Below are positions 39,327 to 50,118 of a DNA stretch of 64,000 bases, piece by piece. A program made the translations under genes and the position numbers. This stretch comes from Promethearchaeota archaeon (GTDB lineage Archaea; Asgardarchaeota; Lokiarchaeia; Sigyniarchaeales; SOKP01), in the NCBI GenBank assembly GCA_048938855.1, contig JBHLLT010000003.1:64001-128000 (forward strand), given 5' to 3'. How positions within the stretch are numbered: position 1 is the stretch's first letter; every line of letters begins with the position of its first letter. The notes beneath the pieces are model-generated. The model was not told the DNA's origin and searched no databases. It worked only from the letters and a program-made list of their open reading frames with translations.

Positions 39327-42089
39327 TTATATTAAGAATAGTACTTTTCCTAGAAAGCTTACTATATCAATGACTTTAATTTTATTTTTTAATTCTCTAT
39401 TTTCATTGAGATAACAATTCAAATGAGTAATACATTTAGGACATGCCGTAATTAGATATTCTGCTCCGGTCTCAATTGCTTGCAATATCTTTTTCTCTTG
39501 GAACTTTTTTGAATCTTGATTACAAGAAATATAAGCAGAAACACCACAACAATCAGCATCTTCCTTAGAGTCCTCCATTTCTATTAACTCTATAGATGGT
39601 ACGAGATTTAAAACATCACGAGGGGCATCAAAAACATTACTAAATCGCCCTAGTCTACATGGGTCGTGATAGGTCACTTTAATTTTATCCATTACGGGAT
39701 ATGTTATGTTTTCTAATAATTTTTCTTTGAGAATATATTCAGTTATGTGGTAAAACTCAAAATCAAAATCATGATTACCTTTAAATAATTTTTTATATTC
39801 GTTTTTCCAAGTATAATAACCCTCAGCGCAGTTAAAGATAATTGTCTTGACACCTGCATCTTTAAATAATTTGAAATTATATTCTGCTAATTTTTTAAAC
39901 GTATCAGTATCTCCTTGCCAAAGAGCATCATGTCCACAGCACTTTTCTTGAGGTAGAACAACTGGAGTTATATCATTTCGATTTAATAAACCAATAACAC
40001 TTTTAGGAATATGATAATAATTAGATGCATTTATTGAAGGCCAAATATCTTGGCTTCCATAATCACAGTTCATAATACCTGATGAGTCCAGAGCTTTCTC
40101 AAAATCTTCTGGCATTTGATCGGAATTACAACAGCAATTACAGTTTAAACATCGGTTAGCTTCTTTTTTAGCTTGTTCTTCAGTAAAACCTAATTCCATT
40201 TCATCAAAACAGACTAATCTCTCAGAGCTAGGCATAAAGTTCATATCTTGACATACTTGTGTTTGAATATACTTTTTTGGTATGGTAGACCGCTTAAGGT
40301 CATTCTTTCTTATTCTTCCTTCCTTTAAGTCAAAACCTCGGAGATATCTATCAATTGAGTAAGCTGCTTCTCTTCCATCTCCAACAGCATCGACTGCGCA
40401 CATTAACGAATTATTAATAATATCTCCTCCAGCAAAGACTCCAGGAATACCAGTTTCATAAGTTAGATTATCAACTATAACTTTACCTCGATCTATTTTT
40501 AATTTATTATCTGTAGCAGTAAGAAGAGGTTCATCATTGAGACCTTGACCAATAGCTATTACAATATGATCAACAATAATTTTGAATTCTGAATCTTCAA
40601 TTTTACTTAAGGGTCGTCTACCAGTTTCTGGATCTGGATCTCCCCATTTAATTTTATAACAATTTAACGCTAATTTACCATTAGGTTCTTGAGTGATGTT
40701 TACTGTTGATGTTTCAAAATGATATTCCATAACTTCTCTTTCAGCTTCATGTAAGTCATCCAATACTTTTTTTAGAGCTTCTTCAGTTAAAATATCGACA
40801 AGGTCAACTTTAGTAGCTCCCAAGCGAAGAACCGTCTCACCAACATCAACTGCTACAGCACCTCCACCTATAATGCCAAAAGTCTTACCTTTAAACTCTT
40901 CGGGGTTCTCACTACATTTATACTTCCGTTCTAAAAGAAAATCTATTGCCACATCGACATTGGGTAAATCTTCTCCTTCGAGTCTAAGAGTTTTGGGAAC
41001 ATATAATCCTACAGCAATAAAAATTGCTTTAAACCCTTGCTCCCAAAGATCTTCAATTGTGAAATTTGGACCAAATTCTTTATTTAAAACCATTTCTACA
41101 CCCATACTTTTTATAAATTCTATATCTTGGTCAAGTGCCTCATCAGAAAGTCTATATTGTGGAACACCGTATCTAACGACACCTCCAATTTTATCTCCTT
41201 TTTCAAAAATCGTTGGTTTATATCCCATTCTTGCGAGAAAATATGCTGCAGATAAACCACCTGGTCCAGCACCAATCACAGCTACTTTTTCCTTTGTCTG
41301 AGGCACTGGTTTTATTTTAGTTTGGTTTGGATGTTCAACCTCCCAGTCACAGACAAATCTTTTTAATTCACGTATAGCTATTGGAGCATCAAAATGTTGA
41401 CGGTTACAATTTAATGCACATTGAGCAGTGCAAATCCGCCCACATAAGTATGGTAACGGATTTGTTTCTCTTATCAGATCTAAAGCCTCTTGATATTTCC
41501 CCTCAGCTATAAGAGATACATAACCTTGAACGTCAACTCCCGCAGGGCATCCAACAACACATGGTGCAGAACCTGTTAAAAAGGGAACACATCCCATAAA
41601 ATATGCAATTTCTCCCTTATCAGTTGTTTTTAATCCTGATCCATCGAGGAATCCTATTTTATTAGTAAATTTTATTTTATCCTCAGCCATTAATTTTGGT
41701 AGACTTGAGTATACCCTTTCGTGATTACAGCTTAATAATCCTTCTTGTAATGGCTTATATTCTGAAACAAGAGAGCGAAGATCTTTAATGATTTGAGTAA
41801 AATTTACACCAGTGTCTTCCTTAGTCATAGGACAATAAATTGAGCATAATCCACAGGTTAAGCACTTCCAAATATCATTATTTTGTAAAGCTTCTTCTGG
41901 TGTTAGGAATGTCAAATCTGTAATTAAGCTACGAGGGTAAAAAATGCCGATAAAGGCAGTTGGACATACATTATTGCAACGATTACAGTTATAACAATAA
42001 TTAGCAGCAGAATTTACTTTTTTAAGCAATTCTATTGAATTAACACTAGTAATTTTTTCACTAGTTGCTTTATCGTTAGATTCAGTCAT
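39327..42089 (-). CDS. Fusion protein: HdrD-like (4Fe-4S + CCG domains) with an inserted GltD/NfnB-like FAD/NAD(P) oxidoreductase
   Basis: In order: CYNCNRCNNVCP, CLTCGLCSIYCP, YFMGC, then APCVVGCP, CGRIC, GAGPGG, GGGAVA, FAGGD, EANRCLNC, then EKCCG, YHDPC, CCG, ACPKC. Confidence 0.85.
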   Translation of the reverse strand: MTESNDKATSEKITSVNSIELLKKVNSAANYCYNCNRCNNVCPTAFIGIFYPRSLITDLTFLTPEEALQNNDIWKCLTCGLCSIYCPMTKEDTGVNFTQIIKDLRSLVSEYKPLQEGLLSCNHERVYSSLPKLMAEDKIKFTNKIGFLDGSGLKTTDKGEIAYFMGCVPFLTGSAPCVVGCPAGVDVQGYVSLIAEGKYQEALDLIRETNPLPYLCGRICTAQCALNCNRQHFDAPIAIRELKRFVCDWEVEHPNQTKIKPVPQTKEKVAVIGAGPGGLSAAYFLARMGYKPTIFEKGDKIGGVVRYGVPQYRLSDEALDQDIEFIKSMGVEMVLNKEFGPNFTIEDLWEQGFKAIFIAVGLYVPKTLRLEGEDLPNVDVAIDFLLERKYKCSENPEEFKGKTFGIIGGGAVAVDVGETVLRLGATKVDLVDILTEEALKKVLDDLHEAEREVMEYHFETSTVNITQEPNGKLALNCYKIKWGDPDPETGRRPLSKIEDSEFKIIVDHIVIAIGQGLNDEPLLTATDNKLKIDRGKVIVDNLTYETGIPGVFAGGDIINNSLMCAVDAVGDGREAAYSIDRYLRGFDLKEGRIRKNDLKRSTIPKKYIQTQVCQDMNFMPSSERLVCFDEMELGFTEEQAKKEANRCLNCNCCCNSDQMPEDFEKALDSSGIMNCDYGSQDIWPSINASNYYHIPKSVIGLLNRNDITPVVLPQEKCCGHDALWQGDTDTFKKLAEYNFKLFKDAGVKTIIFNCAEGYYTWKNEYKKLFKGNHDFDFEFYHITEYILKEKLLENITYPVMDKIKVTYHDPCRLGRFSNVFDAPRDVLNLVPSIELIEMEDSKEDADCCGVSAYISCNQDSKKFQEKKILQAIETGAEYLITACPKCITHLNCYLNENRELKNKIKVIDIVSFLGKVLFLI

Positions 42090-42183
42090 TTTATCTCGAG
42101 AAATTAGATCTATTATTGTTAATTAAAAAGGTTATTATAATTTGAATATAACGATTATATTTTGTTAAAAGAATTATTAATAC

Positions 42184-43044
42184 TTAGGAATGTCTTGAAG
42201 GTTGACATATTCGAAGGCAATAAGAGCAGTAATTATTCTCTAAAATACTTTGAATGCATTTAGTTCTATCAATGTGAGTGATTACACCATTCTCTTTTTT
42301 GATAGGAGTTTCAAAAACAGAACCACCTTTACATTCTCTCACACATGCACCACATTTCTCACATAAATCTTTTAACTCATTAAAATCTCTTTCTTTATTT
42401 TCAGGAATATTTGCATCTGTAGTAATTATACTCCATCTTTGTCGAGGACCAAATTCAGGCGTAAGGATTAATCCATTTCTTCCCATTATTCCCAAGTTTG
42501 CCGCTACTACATGAGGGCCATATAAAAGTTTTCCGCCGAAAGGATGATGTGCTTCACTTTTATATCCCTGTTCTTTCATATATTCCGCTAATTCAATTGT
42601 GACATCACCTAAAACTTTATAGACTCGAAATACTTCAATTTCACAAATAGCACTTGGTGCATTTTTGATTTTATCCCATTTCATTTCCATTCCAAGGACT
42701 ATTGCATTTTTACCATAAACTTTTAGGTCTTTAAATATATAGTTTTCATTAACAGGTGTATATGCTATGAGATCTACATCAAGCTCTTTCGCTTTTTTCT
42801 CAAAACTATCCCAAAAATCAGGTGTAGTATCTGTTCTTGTGTTGCTTTCATTTCCATATTTCGTTTTCCTAGCTATTTGGAAACCTTTAAAAGTACCTCT
42901 AATATATTTACTGAATAATTTAGCAGATTCGCGATCTAAGACTTCTGCCGGTCCTAAACTCATATTAAATAGTTCTTTAGGAACAATAAAAACAAGATTC
43001 TCATTTTTCCCAATATAGGTTGGTTCAATCCCGGCATCTGACAT
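42184..43044 (-). CDS. Epoxyqueuosine reductase/reductive dehalogenase-like Fe-S protein
   Basis: LGIMGRNGLILTPEFGPRQR..ITTD, CEKCGACVREC and CSYCLRIC motifs. Confidence 0.75.
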   Translation of the reverse strand: MSDAGIEPTYIGKNENLVFIVPKELFNMSLGPAEVLDRESAKLFSKYIRGTFKGFQIARKTKYGNESNTRTDTTPDFWDSFEKKAKELDVDLIAYTPVNENYIFKDLKVYGKNAIVLGMEMKWDKIKNAPSAICEIEVFRVYKVLGDVTIELAEYMKEQGYKSEAHHPFGGKLLYGPHVVAANLGIMGRNGLILTPEFGPRQRWSIITTDANIPENKERDFNELKDLCEKCGACVRECKGGSVFETPIKKENGVITHIDRTKCIQSILENNYCSYCLRICQPSRHS

Positions 43045-43241
43045 ATTTTATCCCTTTTAATTCAAAATAGCAAAATATCTACTTAACTTTATATTAAAAA
43101 TATTAAAAATATGATGATTTTAATGAAAATTTCCATTTGCTTTTCTTACAATAATGTAAAAGTGTAGATTTTAGAAGCTTAAAGATTTATTTAATTTTAT
43201 GAAATATTAATTTTATACACTTAACTGTTGAAAGAATTATA

Positions 43242-44873
43242 ATGAAAAATTTGAGAGTTTTATCAAACAAGAAAATTATAACTTTAATTATTGCTGTTAT
43301 TCTGATTGCTTCAAGTGTGTTCATAGTAGTATTCCTCAACACTAATAATTCAAATAAAAAAGTAACTATTCTTGAGGGTACTCTTACTGAAGACACCACT
43401 TGGTCAGGCTTTGTTCATATTCACGATACAGTTATTGTTCCTGAGAATGTAACTCTAATAATCCTCCCTGGAACATGGGTGGAATTCAGACATTATAGGG
43501 GATATAAAGAGGATATCTCAGTTAGTCTATTTATTGCAGGTGGGACCATAATTGCTGTTGGAACTCCTTCTCAACAAATCTGGTTCACTTCGGATGCTGA
43601 GGAACCAATAAACGGTGATTGGGGTGGAATTAGTTGTGCGAAAACTAATGATTCCATCTTTAAATATGTAATAGTTGAATTTAGCACAATTGGAATTGAA
43701 CAATGGGACTCTCAAGTCACCATTTCTCATTCAATTGTGAGGTGGGTGAATACAGAGGGCATTGCTATCTTTTCCTCATCCCCACTTATTGAATACAATC
43801 TTCTCTACGAAAATGCGTATCACGAAATCGTATTGGAACTACAGAATCCTAATGTCACAATCAGATATAATATTTTTAAGGGGGGTCATAATGGAATCCA
43901 TGTAGAAGCGTCAAATGTAATTATAGAAGGAAATTATTTTGTGAATTATACTGGTCAAGCAATTTCTGGCAGGGAATTCTCCAATCTATCTATTATAGGC
44001 AACAAATTTGAAAATATTCAAGATCCTCCAATATTATTAGACCCTACAGCAACAAATATAACACAAGACAATGATTTTGGAGATGATACTGTTCCAATTC
44101 CAACACTCAATTTTCCAGATAGCAAAAGAATAGAACTAGGATATATTCCAGGAGATCCTGAGGATCAATACCTTTATGTTTATCCAACATTAGATGAGAC
44201 ACGTAAAATTATAAAAAGGCTTGAAAATGAGTCCATTGTAGGATCTACACTAACATTCATGAATGATAGTTTATGGCGGTTTAATCTTGCTTCTTATTCA
44301 AAAGGGTCTTACCAAGATTTCGTTAGAATAGATCCTGTAACTGGAAATGCTACTTTCTACGGAAATAATTTTGTATTTAATCCGCGTGGCTTAGCAAATG
44401 ATGGTAAATACTTCTGGGTTAATGATCTGACATTCCGTAAAATTTTTAAATTTAAAATTAATTCAAGTGGATTTTTAGAAATCATTGATTCATTTGATGT
44501 GCCTTATTCAGATGTAAGAGGTTATGCTTGCCTTGCATTCGACGGAACCTTTTTATACACCATTGCTGGATCTCTTGTTTATAAGATTAATATGACTGGA
44601 GATCTAGTAGCAGAAACTACCTATCAGGGAGCACCTCTTGGAGGGTCTATTGTATGGACAGGAAACTTCTTTTGGGCAGATTCCGGAACCCATATAACAA
44701 AATGGAATCCAAATTGGACGATAGCAGGTAAAATCTTTCCAGCAGCATGGGGTACAGATGCACTAGCTTGGGATGGTACCTATTTATGGGCTTTGCAGAG
44801 AACATGTGAATTATGGAAGGATGGTAAGATCTTTCAAATAGAGATTATCGATGATCAAATTATTAATGGTTAA
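43242..44873 (+). CDS. Membrane-anchored/secreted right-handed beta-helix protein with a C-terminal beta-propeller-like region
   Basis: N-terminal signal anchor, GDWGGI, Asn-ladder repeats, and GLANDG/LAFDG/LAWDG repeats. Confidence 0.7.
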   Translation: MKNLRVLSNKKIITLIIAVILIASSVFIVVFLNTNNSNKKVTILEGTLTEDTTWSGFVHIHDTVIVPENVTLIILPGTWVEFRHYRGYKEDISVSLFIAGGTIIAVGTPSQQIWFTSDAEEPINGDWGGISCAKTNDSIFKYVIVEFSTIGIEQWDSQVTISHSIVRWVNTEGIAIFSSSPLIEYNLLYENAYHEIVLELQNPNVTIRYNIFKGGHNGIHVEASNVIIEGNYFVNYTGQAISGREFSNLSIIGNKFENIQDPPILLDPTATNITQDNDFGDDTVPIPTLNFPDSKRIELGYIPGDPEDQYLYVYPTLDETRKIIKRLENESIVGSTLTFMNDSLWRFNLASYSKGSYQDFVRIDPVTGNATFYGNNFVFNPRGLANDGKYFWVNDLTFRKIFKFKINSSGFLEIIDSFDVPYSDVRGYACLAFDGTFLYTIAGSLVYKINMTGDLVAETTYQGAPLGGSIVWTGNFFWADSGTHITKWNPNWTIAGKIFPAAWGTDALAWDGTYLWALQRTCELWKDGKIFQIEIIDDQIING

Positions 44874-44977
44874 TATAAGCATCAACAATCCTGTTTATTT
44901 TTAAATACTAAATTCTTTCTTCTTTTTAAGGAAGAAAATTATGATTATTAATTTCTTTAGGGTTTAATGAATATAGA

Positions 44978-45745
44978 TTACTTTTTCTTCTTAACTACTC
45001 CGAAAATCCTTCGCCAATCTTTTAATAAAGGAAGACGTTCTGTTGCTTCTTCAATCCATAGAAGAGATCCCTCCTTTCCCATCTCTCTAATCAGAATGTC
45101 TTTTGATTCAATTATTTTCTTGTAAACTTCATATTGTCTTTGTTTCCAATTTAAAATTTCCTTATAGATTATAATTTCAAAACCGCTTTCTTGCAGAATA
45201 GGTCGATAATCGTTTAAAGTTGTTGGTGTTTCCCAACATGTAAATACAAACGATGCATCTGAACGAAGAATTCTGGTAATTTCACTAATACTTTTTGCCT
45301 TATCTTGTATATATGTAAGGGTATCAACACTGACTGCTCCATCAAAATAACTATTTGGGAAGATTGCTGAACAAATATTCATCACATGGAATTCAGCTTT
45401 ATTTTCTAATCCAAACTCCGGTATACGTTTTTTTGCTAAGTCAATAGCAACTTCTGAGAGATCAATACCAACATAATTTGCATTTGTTTCACGTGCTACC
45501 CACAATCCTGGTCCTGCTTTTCCACATCCAATATCAAGAAAAGTTTCCCCAGGATTGATTTTAAGATATTTTACTATATTCCGCAAATCCGTCATTGTAA
45601 CAAAACTATCAATACTCAATTCCTCTGGATAATCATTCCGATAAATTTTTAGGAAAATCTCATGAACAAGCTGACTTTTTTTTTGTTTGTACCAGAAATT
45701 AGCTCTTTCTTTCTGTTTTATGATCTCAATGTTTTTTTCGTTCAA
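44978..45745 (-). CDS. Class I SAM-dependent methyltransferase
   Basis: FLDIGCGKAG and GIDLS motifs. Confidence 0.85.
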   Translation of the reverse strand: MNEKNIEIIKQKERANFWYKQKKSQLVHEIFLKIYRNDYPEELSIDSFVTMTDLRNIVKYLKINPGETFLDIGCGKAGPGLWVARETNANYVGIDLSEVAIDLAKKRIPEFGLENKAEFHVMNICSAIFPNSYFDGAVSVDTLTYIQDKAKSISEITRILRSDASFVFTCWETPTTLNDYRPILQESGFEIIIYKEILNWKQRQYEVYKKIIESKDILIREMGKEGSLLWIEEATERLPLLKDWRRIFGVVKKKK

Positions 45746-45826
45746 TCTATTTTAGATTTAAGAACTCCTTTAATTTAAAATACGAAAATTTTTACTTCTA
45801 TTTATATTAGATACATTGTAAAGATA

Positions 45827-48800
45827 ATGGCTTTAAACGTAAATCCTCCAAACTATAGTTGCCCCTTCTGTGGAAAAGAATTGGAATCAAGATTTTTTAA
45901 ATGTTTTAATATATATTGTCAAGGACAAAAGTTTAATGTAGGTAATCTAGTTATATATAGGTTAAATCCAGATTTGGGATTAGGGCGTATAATAAAAAAG
46001 TTGGAGATACCCACATCAAAATCTTTAGATGAGGAGGATTCAAATTTCATATCTAAATATAAAGTCTCTTTTAAAAACAACATTGTAAAAATAATCCATC
46101 CAATTGATCTGATTCATTATGTGTTTGAGTTAAATGACAAAATAGTTACCAAACATGGAGTAGGATATATAAATACAAAGGATTTTCTAGTTCAGGACGG
46201 GGTAATATCATATGAATTTTTAAAAGAAGATGGTAAAAAATCCCAAATTTTCGAAAGTGAAATTTATTCTAAATATGAGACTCCTATTAAGACTCTAATT
46301 TCAAAGCAAAGCTTAGATCCTCCAACTAATTTTTTAATCAAGTATTGGGCAAATTTATTCTATTCTTATTACAAATCATATCAAATAAAATGTATAACAA
46401 ATTCGCGTTTAACTCTAATGCCTCATCAAATTAATGTAACCCATAGATTAGCTGAAGAATTTTTTCCAAGAATTATTCTAGCTGATGAAGTAGGACTTGG
46501 AAAAACAATTGAAGCAGGTATTTATATTAAGGAGATGATTTCGAGAGATCTAGCAGAACGTATTTTAATTATTGTCCCCGCTTCCCTTTTGAAACAATGG
46601 GCTTTCGAAATGAGTAATAAATTCAATCTTGAATTTACGATTTATGATGGAAAGAAGATTAAAGAATTAAAACGCAAAGGTAGTTATAAACATCCAGATA
46701 TACTCCATAATCCTTTCTATTATGATAATTTAATTATATGTTCACTTCAATTTGCTCGAAATAAAAAGTATATTGAATTGTTATCAAGTATCTCATGGGA
46801 TATAGTTATTTTTGATGAGGCTCATCATTTAAGAAGATACCTCATAAACGCTATGACCGGAAACTACCGAGAAACGCTCAATTATGAGTTAGCTAAAACT
46901 TTGAGTTTAAATTCAGAAAGTATGTTGCTATTAACTGCTACACCTTTACAATTACACTCATTTGAGTTATTTTCATTAATTGAGTTAATCCATCCAGAGA
47001 CCTTCGAAAACTTTAGTGATTTCGAACATTTCAGGAAGAATATGCCATTCATTAACTTAATGATAACAAACTTGAATAATATTGATAAACTGAATAATTT
47101 TGAAGTTAAAAACACAATTAAACTTCTTAAAGACTTGAAGTATATTGATAGAAATAAAAATCTAACCCAAATTCTAGCAGAAGTAAAAGATGATTCATTT
47201 AAATTACAATTGTTAAATAGAATTGAAGAAGATCACACTTTATCTAAATTTTTAATTAGAAACCGTAAAAAAAATGTATTTACTGATGATCTATTAAACA
47301 AAAGAATCGTAAATACAATAATGGTTATCCCAACAAAGGAAGAATTAGATATTTATAATGAAATCCGTCTTTACTTAGCAAATATTTATAATTCGTCTTT
47401 AACTAAAGAAAATGTCGGAATTGGATTCATAATTACAACTCTGCAAAAACTTTTGACCAGTTCCAAACAATCATTTCTTAAAAGCATTGAAAGGAGGCTA
47501 GATCAACTCGATAGATATAAGGACATTTTTCTGGATACTACAATTATAAAGGAAGGAGATCCTGAATATTATGAAGCAGAAATAGAAGAACAATACCTTG
47601 ATAGTGAAATATTTGATACCTTTAACAATAAAACAGCTCAAGAAAAGAAAGACGAGGTCATTGATCTCCTTAATCAAGAGAAGATCTTAAAGGAGTATTA
47701 TGATAAACTAAACGCATTATCATATGATTCGAAATCAGCTAAATTAATTGAATTGTTAGATCATATCTATTCGCAAAATCCTCGGGAGAAAATAATAATT
47801 TTCACTCAGTTCGTTGATACCTTAAAATTCTTGAAATCTCTAATAGAGAAACATAATATTAATTATGATGTTGAGTTATTTTTTGGAGGATTAGATAAAG
47901 TACAAAAGGACGAATCAGTTGAGAGGTTTCGCTCGAGTAAAAAATTCTCAATATTGATATCTACTGAAATTGGTGGTGAAGGGCGGAATTTCCAGTTCTG
48001 TCGTGTTTTGATAAACTATGATTTACCATGGAATCCAATGAAACTGGAGCAAAGAATCGGTAGATTAGATAGAATTGGTCAAAAATCAAAAGAAATTTAT
48101 ATTTATAATATATTTATGGAAGGTACAGTAGAAACAGATATTATTCATGCCATCCTCAAAAGGATTAATCTTTTTGAAGAATCTATCGGGATTTTGGAGC
48201 CAATAATTGGCAGGATTGAAAAAGATTTTAAAGGAGTAATTTTTGCTGAAGAAGACGGAAAAAAACGGAAAAAATTAAATGAATTTTATCGAACCCTTGA
48301 TGAAGAAATAAGGAAAGCAAAAGAGATTGAGATGCAGTTAGATGATCTTATGATTGATAAAAAATCTTTCCAAATGGAAGGATTGATTACCTCATTAGCT
48401 TCCTGTGTGGATGTTAAACTTACTTATAACGAATTGTACTTATTGATGAAATTATTTTTTGAAAATGAAGAAAATTTGTATGGAAAATTGATAAAGATAC
48501 AAGAGATAGAGGAAGAGGATATTCAAGATTATTATTTTCCCTCTAAAATTGTATTAAAAGATACTTTATTAAAAAATCCTAAATATCAATTTCAGAATAA
48601 ATATACAGGTACATTCAATTTAGATCTTGCAAGAAAAAAGGAAGAGATTGATTTTTTTGCTTTAGGACATCCATTTATAAACAATATTTTGGATTTTTGC
48701 AGAAGTGATGAATTTAAAGGAAACTTTAGTGAGTTATATTTAGATAGCAAAGAATTAGAAAACTATTATAATCTCAAACTAATTCATGATAATGACTTGT

Positions 48801-49438
48801 ATTTATTTGTTTTTTCAGTTAAATTCCAAGGCTATATAATAGAAAGCCAAATCTCAGCTATTGTGATTGATAAAAATGGAAATGAAATTAAAGACTTTGT
48901 AGATATAATATTGGATATTAAAAATTTCATTAAAATTTATCTTTTAAATGAAAGCCAAGAGAATTTGAATATTAATTATAATCTTATCAACGATCTCCGG
49001 GAAGAAGCAAAAAATATCGTTAAAACTAAAACATCCATTTGGAAGAGAGAAATTAAAATCCTTAATGACAGCATTTTTGATCAAGAGAAGAAGAAAAAAG
49101 AAAAAATATATGCTCATAAAAGGAGAACTCTAAATCTTCGACTTGAATCATTAGCAAATAATTTAGAGCAAAAACAAAATAAAAGACCTACAGCTCGCCA
49201 ATTGCATAATATCGAAAAAATAACAGATGTCGAACGGAAAAAAGAGCGATCAGATTATTTTAAAAAATTAGAAGAAGATATTAAATTCATTCATCAAGAT
49301 ATGAAATCAACTAAAAAGAAATTAGATGATTTACAATTCGAATATGAAGATCTCAAAAATGAAATGATTAAACGAAATAAATCAAAATTCTATACAAATC
49401 TCATTTCATTTGCATTATTAAAAATTGTGAATTCTTGA
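45827..49438 (+). CDS. SNF2/RapA-like SF2 ATPase with N-terminal Zn ribbon
   Basis: LADEVGLGKT, DEAHH, TATP, GEGRNFQ and EQRIGRLDRIGQ; N-terminal CPFC...C-x4-C. Confidence 0.9.
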   Translation: MALNVNPPNYSCPFCGKELESRFFKCFNIYCQGQKFNVGNLVIYRLNPDLGLGRIIKKLEIPTSKSLDEEDSNFISKYKVSFKNNIVKIIHPIDLIHYVFELNDKIVTKHGVGYINTKDFLVQDGVISYEFLKEDGKKSQIFESEIYSKYETPIKTLISKQSLDPPTNFLIKYWANLFYSYYKSYQIKCITNSRLTLMPHQINVTHRLAEEFFPRIILADEVGLGKTIEAGIYIKEMISRDLAERILIIVPASLLKQWAFEMSNKFNLEFTIYDGKKIKELKRKGSYKHPDILHNPFYYDNLIICSLQFARNKKYIELLSSISWDIVIFDEAHHLRRYLINAMTGNYRETLNYELAKTLSLNSESMLLLTATPLQLHSFELFSLIELIHPETFENFSDFEHFRKNMPFINLMITNLNNIDKLNNFEVKNTIKLLKDLKYIDRNKNLTQILAEVKDDSFKLQLLNRIEEDHTLSKFLIRNRKKNVFTDDLLNKRIVNTIMVIPTKEELDIYNEIRLYLANIYNSSLTKENVGIGFIITTLQKLLTSSKQSFLKSIERRLDQLDRYKDIFLDTTIIKEGDPEYYEAEIEEQYLDSEIFDTFNNKTAQEKKDEVIDLLNQEKILKEYYDKLNALSYDSKSAKLIELLDHIYSQNPREKIIIFTQFVDTLKFLKSLIEKHNINYDVELFFGGLDKVQKDESVERFRSSKKFSILISTEIGGEGRNFQFCRVLINYDLPWNPMKLEQRIGRLDRIGQKSKEIYIYNIFMEGTVETDIIHAILKRINLFEESIGILEPIIGRIEKDFKGVIFAEEDGKKRKKLNEFYRTLDEEIRKAKEIEMQLDDLMIDKKSFQMEGLITSLASCVDVKLTYNELYLLMKLFFENEENLYGKLIKIQEIEEEDIQDYYFPSKIVLKDTLLKNPKYQFQNKYTGTFNLDLARKKEEIDFFALGHPFINNILDFCRSDEFKGNFSELYLDSKELENYYNLKLIHDNDLYLFVFSVKFQGYIIESQISAIVIDKNGNEIKDFVDIILDIKNFIKIYLLNESQENLNINYNLINDLREEAKNIVKTKTSIWKREIKILNDSIFDQEKKKKEKIYAHKRRTLNLRLESLANNLEQKQNKRPTARQLHNIEKITDVERKKERSDYFKKLEEDIKFIHQDMKSTKKKLDDLQFEYEDLKNEMIKRNKSKFYTNLISFALLKIVNS

Positions 49439-49444
49439 GATAAT

Positions 49445-49975
49445 TCATTTCGAATCAACGTTTTTGATCATTATTTCCACTAGGTTTAGGAAGGCTTCTT
49501 CCACTTTTTCCCCGGTTTTTGCAGAAGTTTCAATATAAAAAGTATCTTCTTTTTTGGCAAACACTTCCGCGTTTTCTCGTTCATAGAGTTCATCTCTTTT
49601 GTCGATCAAATCCACTTTATTACCAATAACCGCAAAAGGTATACTATCACCTGCATAATCCCGTAAATCGGATAGCCATTCTTCAAGTTCTTCAAATGTA
49701 TGCCATCTAGAAAGATCAAAAACAATTAGGGCTCCATTAGCTCCATCAAAAAAACTAGATCTTAAAAATTTATATCTATCTTGACCACCGATATCCCAAA
49801 TCTGTATTTTTATAGTATCACCATTATTGTGAATTGTCTTTGAAAGGAAATCTGCTCCTATAGTCAATTTATATCTGAAAGAGAACTTATCTTCAACAAA
49901 TCTATGTAATAACGATGTTTTACCTACAGCACCAGGTCCTATAATTATCATTTTAAAGACATAAAGGTGTGAAAT
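49445..49975 (-). CDS. Rab-like small GTPase (probable ATT start; track start 49951)
   Basis: GPGAVGKT, TIGADF, WDIGGQ, GNKVD and ETSAK. The frame extends upstream as ISHLYVFK behind a GGTGAG SD. Confidence 0.88.
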   Translation of the reverse strand: MSHLYVFKMIIIGPGAVGKTSLLHRFVEDKFSFRYKLTIGADFLSKTIHNNGDTIKIQIWDIGGQDRYKFLRSSFFDGANGALIVFDLSRWHTFEELEEWLSDLRDYAGDSIPFAVIGNKVDLIDKRDELYERENAEVFAKKEDTFYIETSAKTGEKVEEAFLNLVEIMIKNVDSK

Positions 49976-50118
49976 ATATTCTCACCATATTGAATGTTCA
50001 TATCTAATTTGCAATTCTAATAAATAATCTAAATTCAATATTTAAACCTTTTCCAAAACATTGAGTTTAAATAGAAATTCTTGTTAAGCTTGACAAAATT
50101 CGAAATTAGAGAATGTAA

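Noticed and set aside
43111-43200. Perfect box C (ATGATGA) in an intergenic region
   Set aside because: No CTGA box D or terminal stem at a suitable distance; expected by chance in AT-rich DNA.
44911-44940. Imperfect hairpin between convergent genes
   Set aside because: Low-complexity T/A-rich stem, and archaeal termination usually relies on U-tracts; too weak to call.
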